Below, piece after piece: positions 43,291 through 54,241 of a stretch of DNA of 64,000 nt (positions are counted from its first letter, which is position 1; each line of letters starts with the position of its first letter). Location of the stretch: NCBI GenBank assembly GCA_002269645.1, contig NIVC01000193.1, forward strand, positions 53,109-117,108, read 5' to 3'. This stretch comes from Macrostomum lignano (lineage: Eukaryota). A program made the translations under genes and the position numbers. Under the pieces are notes generated by a model. That model was not told where the DNA came from. It searched no databases and saw only the letters and a program-made list of their open reading frames with translations.

Positions 43291-46200
43291 ATGGCTGCAA
43301 GCGAAGAAAAATGGCACATAGAGAAGCTCACGAAGGACAATTGGATGACGTGGAAAATCCAAATGAAACATTGCTTAGTCGCAAGAAGACTCTGGGGCAT
43401 AGCTACCGGAGAAGATGTTCTTCAGCAAGACGCAAATGAAGCACGACGCAATGAATTCAAGGAACAGCAACAGCGAGCAGCAGCAATGATAGTTCTGTCT
43501 CTCAGCAGTGAGTACATCTACCTTGTGACTACATGCGATGATGATCCGAGGCAGATGTGGCAAATTTTATGTGGTCATTTCGAACGTGACTCGACTGCCA
43601 ACAAGTTGTTTTTGAAGAAAAAACTATTTAGACTGCAGATGACTGATGGGACTCCAGTTCAGGAGCACATTCGCTGTCTGAAGGAGTTAACTGACAAGCT
43701 GGCGTCCATTAATGCTGCTGTGTCTGACGAAGACCAGGTTGTGATTCTTCTTAGCAGTCTACCTGACAGCTACAGTCATCTGGTTACGGCTCTGGAGACC
43801 CGAAAGGAAGAGGAGCTGACTTTGCTGACGGTTCAACAAGCACTGCTTAATGAAGAAATGAAACGAAGTGAAACTATGAAATACGAATCCCGTGACTCGT
43901 AATCTGCTCTTCGTGTTGACAAATTTAAGGGACGCAGACCAATTAAGTGCTACACATGTGGCAAGGAAGGACACTTCAGTAGAGAGTGCAGGTTCAACGT
44001 GAGCAACAGGCAGCAAAACTCAAAATCGACTCTGCATAAAGCAAAAACTGCAGAAAGTACGAGTCATTCGAATCCGAACCTGGACAATGAGATAGCCGAT
44101 AGTGCCGCTACATTTCTTACCTCTGAAGAAACTGGTCCTCAGGACACAACCGCACGGTGGATAATTGACTCTGGTGCGACAAGACATATGACCTGTCAAA
44201 GGAATGCTCTAAAAGACTACACTGAATTCGATGAACCGGAAAATGTAGGGCTCGGAGACGGGCGAACAGTTCAAGCTTACGGAACTGGACGAGTGGACAT
44301 CGTCACGAGACTCCCTGGTGGTGAGCGTTCTAACGCAGTACTTGGATCTGTACTTTTCGTACCTAGACTAGCCTGCAATCTGTTCAGTGTACGTGCGGCT
44401 ACACTTAAGAACAATGCCATTCAGTTTGGTCACACTAGGTGCTGGATTCGAAACCAAACAAGGAAGCTAGTAGGCTTTGGAACACTAGTTGATCGATTGT
44501 ACCAACTTGAGTGTGATGTAGATTGCAACTTAGCTACAGCTGCAGTAACGACTACAAAGTCAGAGCTCGAAACTGCCAATTTGTGGCATCAACGTCTAGG
44601 ACATCTCCACAGAAATCAACTCGAACAACTATTCAAGAAAAGGTACGTCGAGGGTACTGACACTTCCATTGTGAGTGATACGAATTTTTGTGAAGCGTGC
44701 GTTGAAGGAAAGGCACATCGAAAGAATCACAAATCAGTGGGAGAAATTCGCTCATCAGAAGTACTGCAACTTGTGCACAGTGACATTTGTGGACCAATGC
44801 AGACGCAGTCGTTTGGCGGGAATCGATTTTTTGCGACTTTCATCGATGACTTCTCTCGCATTGTGAAGGTCTATTTTCTGAAGACTAAGTCTGAAGTCTT
44901 CCAGAAGTTTAAGGAATTCGAAGCGCAGGTGACTAATGAGACTGAAAAAAACAATAAAAGTTCTCCGAACTGATGGTGGAGGAGATTACATGTCCAAGGA
45001 ATTTTCTGCGTTTTTACTTGCAAAAGGAATTCGACACGAAATTTCGGTTGCCCACACACCAGAACAGAACGGTGTTGCTGAAAGAATGAACCGTACTCTC
45101 ATCGAATCTGCTAGAACAATGATAACTCATGCTGGTCTTAGCAATGCTTATTGGGCAGAAGCCATCAACACAGCCGCGTATATCCGCAACAGTGTCCCGA
45201 CGAACTCGGTAGCGCCAATGATGACACCCTACGAAAGATGGTGTGGACGAAAGCCAAACATCTCACACCTTCGAACGTTTGGCTGTGTAGCTTATGCTCA
45301 CATTCCTACAGTAGAGAAACAAAAACTTGATAAGAAGACTACCAAGCTTAGGTTCGTTGGCTACAGTGACAATCAAAAGGGCTACAGATTGTTTGACGAA
45401 AGAACTAGGAAAACAGTTGTTCGTTACGATGTCATCTTCAATGAGGGAGACTTCGGAAAGTTGAATGATTTCCAGCAGAACAATGAAAAGATAAATTCAC
45501 ATATGGAAGTGAACCTCGACGAGCACAACAGCCGAACAACTCCGAATGAAGAAATTGAAACTGAAATCCAAAAAATTCTGCCAACGACCACGCGACAAAG
45601 AAAAACCCCAGAGCGTTTTCAATACAATGAGAACTTCGAAGTAGCTAGCCTAAGTACAACAGAGCCACAACATCGTGCTTTTCGAGCCATGGAGATTTTG
45701 GAACCCAGATCGATTGACGAGGCTTGGAGTTGTGACAATGCGAAGGAATGGAAAGAAGCAACAGACTCGGAATACAACTCTCTGATAGAAAATGATACGT
45801 GGGAATTAGTTTCTCTTCCAGAAGGACGAAAGACTGTTGGCTGCAAGTGGGTATTCAAAGTGAAGCATGACAGCTGCGGAAACATTGAACGATTCAAAGG
45901 ACGCCTGGTTGCCAAAGGGTATTCTCAACAACCTGGAGTGGATTATGACGAGACGTTTTCTCCTGTGGTAAGATTATCATCAATCCGTACTATACTGGCA
46001 TTCGCAACTCAACGAGAAATGCACATTCATCAAATGGATGTGGTCACTGCATTTCTAAACGGACATTTAACAGAAGAAATCTTCATGGATCAACCACCCG
46101 GATACGTTAAATGCGACGAAGAGAATTTAGTCTGCAAGCTGAAAAGATCGCTATATGGTCTAAAGCAATCACCCCGGTGTTGGAACAAGGCCCTCTGTGA

Positions 46201-47254
46201 TTACCTAATCTCGATTGGATTCAAGGAAAGTGGAGCAGACCCATGTGTGTTCACTCGCAAACTTGGAAACATGTCAATCATTGCGGTTTATGTTGACGAC
46301 TTGGTGATGGCTACTGATACTATGGTTGAAATGCAGAGTATCAAGGAGGAATTCACTCGACGATTCAAGATAAAAGATATGGGAGAGCTTCATTACTGTT
46401 TAGGAGTGACAATAGTGATTGACTCAGAGAGACGATTTCTTCAACTTCATCAGAAGCAATACATTATGCAACTACTGAAGAAGTTTAAAATGTTGTAAGC
46501 AAACCCAGCCACAACTCCAATGGATTCAAGCGTCAAGCTAGTTGAAAACGATGGCTACAGCAAATTCGTGGATCCAAAGGCCTATCAATCAATTGTAGGC
46601 AGCCTATTGTACGCAGCGATCGCTACACGGCCAGACATTGCTCAAGCAGTGGGAGCAGTATCGAAATTCAATTCCAAACCAACTGAGGCTCATCTCACCG
46701 CTGCCAAGAGAATTCTTCGATACCTGAAAGGCTCATCGGACGTCGTTCTGAAATATGAGAAGTCTGGAAGTAACGAGATCATTGGCTACTCAGACGCTGA
46801 TTGGGCGTCGGACTTGGATAGCAGACGCTCAGTCACTGGAAGTGTCTTCATTATGGCCGGTGGAGCAGTAACATGGTTAAGTCAAAAGCAAACCACGGTG
46901 GCGTTGTCAACGACAGAAGCTGAGTACATGGCCCTTGCCTCTGCGACACAGGAGGCAATATGGCTTCGTCGACTTTTAAGCGATTTGGGTGCCAATGTCA
47001 CTGGGTCAACTGTAATTAAGGAAGACAATCAAGGAGCCATTGCAATGTCAAAAAATCCGATTCGACACAAGCGGACAAAGCATATTGACATCCGCTATCA
47101 TTTTATTCGAGATGCTATTCAAGCTGGTACTGTGAAACTGGAATACTGTCCGACAAAGGAAATGCTGGCGGACATTCTAACAAAGCCAATTCCCAGGCAT
47201 CAGTTTGAAAATCTGCGATCAATGCTTGGTATAAAGTGTATGGATATGAATTGA
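43291..47254 (+). pseudogene. Copia gag-pol polyprotein, disrupted by TAA at 43900, a +1 frameshift at 44945-44951 and TAA at 46496
   Basis: Zn knuckle CYTCGKEGHFSREC, protease WIIDSGAT, LWHQRLGH, integrase HSDICGP/FIDDFSR/TDGGGDY/NGVAERMN, RT YVDDL, RNase H YSDADW/EAEY/EDNQ/LADILTK. Confidence 0.9.
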
Positions 47255-47379
47255 AGTAACTGGAGTAACTGAAGTAACTAATGTCATTGTCATCCATTTT
47301 TAATATCAGAGACTACTGAGTAATCTACCGCGATTAACTTAAATCTTCCAATGATAAGTTTCTGACAATTAAATGGGAG

Positions 47380-47664
47380 TGTTGTTTATAGTATATAGCT
47401 CGCACTTTTAGTACTTTATATAGTAATTGTCAGATACATAATATTGATTAATATTGTTAATGCAAATAGCTGTGCGTATCCCTTTCTAGAAAGTTCAATA
47501 AATATCCAATACAGTATCGTACCGATATATCTATGGTTGTTAGTTCATATCGCAAATACGCTTATACTTTAAGTGCCCCCCAAACTGCTCAATTTTTCAT
47601 CTTGTGTATTTCTTTTTGTTCAAACTGATAAAATACACTTAATTAAAAGAAGCAAATTTCAACA
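47380..47664 (+). repeat. 3' LTR (285 bp)
   Basis: Preceded by a short purine tract AAATGGGAG. Confidence 0.95.
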
Positions 47665-48080
<416 letters not shown>

Positions 48081-48192
48081 CAGAGCTCAGCAGCCAATGT
48101 GCTGCAGTCCAATGTCCCCAAGCGAAGCACGAGGTCGCAGCCCGCTCAGTCGCCAAGGACAACTTAAGTATATGTTACTTCAGTTGTCCTTG

Positions 48193-49209
48193 TCAGTCGC
48201 AAGCGGCCTCCAGCGTCTCAAACTCGGACAAGCTGAGCTGTCTGTTGGCCAAGCCGAAGCACAGAACCCGGCCGTCCAGGGTGGCCGTGGAGTCTCCATA
48301 CTTGCCGCCGATCCGAGTCTCCGTGGAGGCCGACACCGCCGGGAGGTTGCCATCGTTGCTAGTCGCGTACATCGTGGCGTTGTTGAAGACGCGGAAGGCG
48401 CTGCCGTCGTAGCTGAAGCCGACAGACACCCAGCCGGCGGCTATCGGGGTCTTCAGCACCGCCTGCGTCGTGGTTTGGCTCCGCTGCGCGTAGAGCCTGC
48501 AGCCCACGGTGAACTTGCCGTCAGCTGCCTCAGACATGAAGGTCACAGCCTTGCCGCTGGACTCCGAGGTCTGCAGGTAGCTCACCTCCTGGCCTCTGGG
48601 CCTCCTGTCTACCTTTATGTAGACCGAAAATTTCCCGCTTGAGAACAGCGACTCAAGATTGCCGCCACCCGGGATGCTGACATTCGCGTGCGACTCGGTG
48701 CTGGGGTTCAGCACCAGGCCGGAGGCGTTCCTGACGGCGCCAAATCTCAGGCCTGCCACCGCCTGCTGGACGGTGCCATTGCCTGCCAGGTTGTCCAGCG
48801 AGTACCGGAAGCTGTACCACAGCGTCAGGCTGGCCTGGAGGGTCGCAGGCAGCTGCTGGGCTGGACTGGGCCGTTTGGTGAATGTCAGACAGTCAGCGGA
48901 CGGCGTCGCCGACCGGCCCCAGCGGTCCTGCCACTGCCAGCCGGAGGCTGTCCAGCAGGACGCGGCGGTCTTGTTGTAGTGTACAGCTGAGCAGTTGGGC
49001 CTGACTGCGCACTCCACTATGCAGGAGTTCGGCCGAGTCACTCCGGACACTGGCACGTCCAGGACTGACCAGTCGGACAGAGCGCTCGGACAGATTGGCT
49101 GTGAATCGAATCTGCTGCTGCTGCTGCTGCTGCTATTCTGAGCGCAGACTGCGGAGCTGGCGAGGATCAGAATGACAAGCCGGTCAGCATTGCTTGATGA
49201 CGGCATCAT
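48193..49209 (-). CDS. Secreted PAN/Apple + LamG (concanavalin-A-like) domain protein, 338 aa, intronless CDS
   Basis: Hydrophobic signal LVILILASSAVCA, PAN-like CIVECAVRPNCSAVHYNKTAASC, and LamG-like C-terminus WVSVGFSYDG..RIGG..LDGRV..NRQLSLSE. Confidence 0.7.
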   Translation of the reverse strand: MMPSSSNADRLVILILASSAVCAQNSSSSSSSRFDSQPICPSALSDWSVLDVPVSGVTRPNSCIVECAVRPNCSAVHYNKTAASCWTASGWQWQDRWGRSATPSADCLTFTKRPSPAQQLPATLQASLTLWYSFRYSLDNLAGNGTVQQAVAGLRFGAVRNASGLVLNPSTESHANVSIPGGGNLESLFSSGKFSVYIKVDRRPRGQEVSYLQTSESSGKAVTFMSEAADGKFTVGCRLYAQRSQTTTQAVLKTPIAAGWVSVGFSYDGSAFRVFNNATMYATSNDGNLPAVSASTETRIGGKYGDSTATLDGRVLCFGLANRQLSLSEFETLEAACD

Positions 49210-50303
49210 TGTGCTGGATGCTGGAAACTGATGCCGAAATTCTTGAGAGGAAAGTTTCTGACTTTTTCCATTTTATATAACAGCCCTGCATTGCGTGTAC
49301 GGTGGATTGTTTAACCAGGTAAACACCGAAACTCCGCTACTATAAACTCTGCGCATTGGCTGTTTCCGTTTACCTGGTGGCCACTCTCTCCCGTCAGGGG
49401 CCACTCAGCAACCGGAGCGGGACAATGGCCCAATTCTGAGGCCATCACAGCGCTCTCAATGCGAATTAGCTAATTAGATTGTACCGTGTGGCCCTCTCTT
49501 CCTTTCTGTCTGTCTCTATTCAGATTGTGGATTGCCTTTGTGGAACAAATTAGTTGTCATGGTAACATTGATTGTGATGTCAATTATTTTCGCATCTGTA
49601 TGTAGTTATAGTCTCTAAAGGCCATATACATGTACACACGAGCCGAGCGAAATTTTAAGGGCCAATTCATCTCAAATTCTAAAGCTATATATTGAGCCTG
49701 TGAAAGAAAGGCACTAATTTAAGCATAAACTAAGATTGTTATTGATATTTTACCATATAATTTTACCATAGAAGTCACACAGTCAGTGCCACGTTCTGTG
49801 TAGGGGGGGGGGGGCGGAATACACTCGGGGGGTTGCGACCATAGACTATTAAAAAACCAAGCTAGACAAATAAGTCTTCTGTGCACCCTGTGTGAGAGTG
49901 TGTATGAGTGCGCTCAGGAGTTCAGCGGAACGGGCAGGACTGCCGTCAGCGCTGGGTGTGGGAGACGATTTCGCTGAAGGCGCGGCGCGTACGTTGCGTC
50001 AAGGTGCCCCGCAACCCTTCTCCGAATATAATTTTTATATTATTACGTCTATAGTTTTGTTTTTCTTTCACTAAAAACTGACAACGAATCTTACAGAGAA
50101 GAGAACAGAAAATTGCAACAAAATCTTCTTCAAAGTGAAGGGTAAGCGGCAGCTACTTGTCTATGGCATATCCTGAACCAGTGGATAAGCGACAATCTTG
50201 CATGTATTGGGTACCTGTAAGCGGGTTAATAACAGTTGATGCGGGTGTGGGGGTATTATTGTCACATAAAAATGAGTTTATATTTGGTCTTAAGAGTGCA
50301 TGG

Positions 50304-53300
50304 CTACACGGGAGTGACAGTGGTGTAAGTCTCCTGTCCGGCCAGCTGCCAGCCTGTGATGTCGGACAGCCTGGCCAGTACCGGATACCAGACGGCGTCA
50401 ATCTGCAGAAACATCCTGGTGGTCCTGATGCGATAGAAAATGTCCCGGTATTCGTTCACTTCGTTCATTGCGCTGACTAGCAGGGCTATGATGAAGTTGA
50501 GCACGAGAACGGCGAACACCAGCACGAAGATCAGATGCACAACGCTGGCCTCCGAGTTGCCAATCTGGTCGCGCTTGGCAACCAGTTCCGACGGCTTCTC
50601 CATGTTCAGGCTGACAGTGAAAGCGTAGTACACTTGCCGGAGATGGTGAGAATAGTAATGCGTGAGGTTCTCGAGTTTCTCCCGGTCCTGGTGCGTGTGC
50701 ACCGAAGCGAAGCTGACCGAATAGAAGATGCTGGAGAAAACCCACAGCACTACCAGGTAGATGGCTGCAAACGATAGAAATCTTGAGAACATGCAGCGGA
50801 AAGCGTGCACAACCGGACCGAGGTGCGGTATCATCTCCAGGTAGTACACCAGCAGGATGTGCAGGAACAGGTAGCACAGGTGGAATATCACTCTCAGAAT
50901 TAGAAATATATCCGTGATGTGATCCTGCAAATGGTGACAGGGGAGGCAAGTGATACTGTAGAAATGCGTTCGAGCTGCTGAGAATTCCATAGAATGAAGT
51001 ATAGGGGGTTGTGAAGTCTCCGGGGGGTTGTGAAGTCTCGGGGGTTGTGAAGTCTCGGGGGTTGTGAAGTCTTGGGGTTGTGAAGTCTCCGGGGGGTTGT
51101 GAATGTGAAGCGCTCCCAATGTTATGGTCGCGAACTCACCCTGCTCAAAATACTCCTGTAGTGGATCAGATAGTCGTACAGAGGACTCTGAGGGCACGGC
51201 AGGGTGCTTATGCGCACCGAGCACAGAATCACGGAGAACAGGATGAGGCAGAACCGGCACAGATAGGACAGCCAGTCCTGGTCCATCCAGCCAGTCTCCA
51301 CCGAGTTCAGGAACCGTTTGTACACCAGCTGACCCTGCCGACGCATCCGTAGCTTGATCCAGACTCTCTGGCAGATGGTCAGGGCGTGCCACAGCACCAG
51401 GAACACGCTCACAGCCACGTAGGTGTAGCGGATAGTCGAAAACAGGCTGCACACATCTTGGCTGGCGTGGGTACCACTGGTTGCCAGGGCTAGGTGCTCG
51501 GTTGTCGATTCGTTTGTACTCGACGCATTTTTGCTGTAAAGATAATTGTGAAACTGGTGAAGGTTTTTCTGTCTGTAGTTATTAATGGAATATCATCATT
51601 TGTCTGTCACAAAGTTGGTTATTCGGTACGCCTTACGAGTACAGTAAAAAATTGACTGTTCAGGACATCTTAAGGTCAGAAATTTGACTGTTCAGGACAT
51701 CTTAAGGTCAGAAATTTGATTGTTCAGGACATCTTAGAGTCAGAAATTTGATTGTTCAAGACATCTTAGAGTCAGAAATTTGATTGTTCAAGACATCTTA
51801 GGGTCAGAAATTTGACTGGTCAGGACATCTTAGGGTCAGAAATTTGACTGTTCAGGACATCTTAGGGTCAGAAATTTGATTGTTCAAGACATCTTAGGAT
51901 CAGAAATTTGATTGTTCAAGACATCTTAGGATCAGAAATTTGATTGTTCAAGACATCTTAGGATCAGAAATTTGATTGTTCAAGACATCTTAGGATCAGA
52001 AATTTGATTGTTCAAGACATCTTAGGATCAGAAATTTGATTGTTCAAGACATCTTAGGATCAGATTGTTCAGGACATCAGGACATCTTAGGGTCAGAAAT
52101 TTAACTGTTCAGGACGTCTTAGGGTCAGAAACTTGACTGTTCAGGACGTCTTAGGGTCAGAAATTTGACTGTTCAGGACGTCTTAGGGTCAGAAATTTGA
52201 CTTTTCAGGATGTCTTAGGGTCAGAAATTTGACTGTTCAGAGCATCTTAAATTCAGTGATTGTCACTGGCCGGTTACTCACAGTCCCCACTGGCCTCCGC
52301 GAGTTTTGTTCTCAATCGCGCGAACGCTGACATTCTCCAGTACTTTGAGGTCATGAACCACAATAGTATAGAATGCCACCTTGATGGCCTCCTGGCTGAA
52401 GCAGGTGTCGCTGTCCGTGGTTACCTGTTGCATCTGCATCTCTAGCGGAATCTGCATGATGATGATCAGCGCCAGCCAGAATAGCGCCAACAGGATGCAA
52501 ATGAGGACGTTGCGGTACCACAGCTGCGAGATGAGGTACTTCACCACCGGATGGTTCATAATGTTGCTGCTGCGCAGATCCTTGAAGTCGGCTTTTCTGC
52601 AGGCGAAGAAAATTTCAAGAATACAATATGAAACTTGGTGTCAATGACTACACATGAATGTACCATTTGACATGTTTGAACATGTTGTCGTTTAAATTGA
52701 TACCTGAGTTCGGACAGCAGCAGTACAGGATTGCGCAACGACCTGCACACGGCGCCTTTGCCGCAACGAAAATAGCCGTGCAGGTAGTAGCGCTTCACCT
52801 GCAGATTGCCGCGCAGACTCGAATCCTGATAGACGCCCGGCGTCTCCAGAATCTCCACGGCCAGACGGAAGCATCTCAGCTTGATGGCTAACTCAACAGG
52901 TCGAAATCCGCCCAGATCCTCCGACAGAAGCAGCTCCTTCAACCGTTCGGTCTTGATCAGGGCGCAAACCGCTCGGTACAAGCTGATGTAGTCAGTCTCC
53001 TGCCGCTTCTGGTAGTGCGCGCCCCAGCAGAGGGCGTGGAACACTGTACTCTCGTTGGTGTCCTTGGCACACCAAATCGGAGTCTCGTACCGGCTCACCA
53101 GCTGGCGCATACAGTTGATGGCCGAGTTGAAGGCGCACAGGTGAGTCAGTCGGTGAAACGAGATGTAGTTGCAGGATGGATGGTCGTACACTAGGGTCAA
53201 CTGGTGCCGGTTGTCCTCCAGCAGGCAGACGAAATCGTCAGCCTTGTCCTCCTTCAGAATGCTGCTCCAGCGGTTCAGCTTGTCCGAAGACAGGCCGAAG

Positions 53301-53608
53301 AAGGCGGTGGAGGGGAATCGGAATGGCGTGACGTTGCCACCGCCGCTTCCACCGGCCGTCGGACTCACTCCTGAGGCGATGGTGGTGATGGTAGTCGGGG
53401 TGAATGACGGCGGCTCGGCGCCAACTGTCGGCCCTCCGCCTGCGCGGCCGTCGGCAACGCGTCGCCGACTGCAGCAGCAGCGGACGGCGAGCAGGCAGAG
53501 CCAGCGCAGCAGTGCGCGCAGCCGACAGTAGATGTGGTAGCAGAGACCGCTCGGATGGCACCGCCTGGCCGATGGCATCTCTAGGGAGTAGGCCTGACCG
53601 TAGTGCAT
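50304..53608 (-). CDS. Divergent TRPV-like ankyrin-repeat cation channel, ~744 aa, 4 exons
   Basis: Exons 53608-52704, 52596-52282, 51533-51140, 50924-50304 (phases 2, 2, 0; 2235 nt). Degenerate ankyrin motifs DTNESTVFHAL and DLGGFRPVELA, six hydrophobic segments, S4-S5 LGPVV..M..F, S6 LVLNFIIALL, TRP-box-like IFYRIRTTRMFLQID. Confidence 0.75.
51005..51100. repeat. Short ~16-bp repeat (GGGGTTGTGAAGTCTC), TRP intron 3
   Basis: Five to six tandem copies. Confidence 0.8.
51650..52245. repeat. 32-bp minisatellite, TRP intron 2
   Basis: Unit CAGGACATCTTAGGGTCAGAAATTTGACTGTT. Confidence 0.95.
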
Positions 53609-54241
53609 GATGTGGGAGGCCTCAGTAGATGATTCTCCCCAGTTCTTATGGAGATCGGATGCGGTCAGATACGCAGAGCAAACAGAGCGCTACTTGTGTC
53701 GGACACACCACCAATTTCTCTGTCATGTGATCTTTCTTGTCCTGGGAGAAAAGATGCTTCTTAAACAAGTACTTGCAGCCTCTTGAAAACGTGACAAAAG
53801 CAGAGCAATAAGAACAGACCGATTGAGCACGAGGGTTCCAACTGTGCTCTGACGTATAGCCAAAAAACTTTATTTGCTTCAGACTCCTGTGCGTTATCTG
53901 CCCGGCGGCTTATCGGCCCCCAGCCCCAGCGTCCAGGAAGGAGAAAAAACACACATCAGCAGAATCAGCAGAAAAACTGCTTGCGCAGATCCGGTTTGGC
54001 AAAAATTATCAGCACCAATTTAAGAAGCATAAATTATTGACGATAAGGAAAACTCGCTGCCAAACCGGCTGCTGCCCGCGCGGCAAACATTGAGCAACTT
54101 GAGTCAATTCTATCGACTTTGGAACGAAGTTTTTAAGCTGGTTGCCATGGTGACGAGGACGATTAGATTCGTAGAGCAACCGAGTTAAGTCTAGATAAAT
54201 TGTATCAGGGTTTAACAGGTTGGATAAAATCAGTTTTGTAT

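Larger units (their letters stand above)
42887..47664 (+). mobile_element. Full-length Ty1/copia LTR retrotransposon
   Basis: LTRs at 42887-43174 and 47380-47664 (TGTTG..CAACA; 2 substitutions plus a 3-bp C-run difference). PBS GGTTATGGGCCCAG, 5-bp AGACA on both flanks, domain order gag-PR-IN-RT-RH. Confidence 0.97.

Noticed and set aside
43897-43905. Programmed stop read-through between gag and pol
   Set aside because: The TAA falls before the Gag zinc knuckle, and a second TAA lies within RT. Copia elements normally have one ORF, so mutation or error is more likely.
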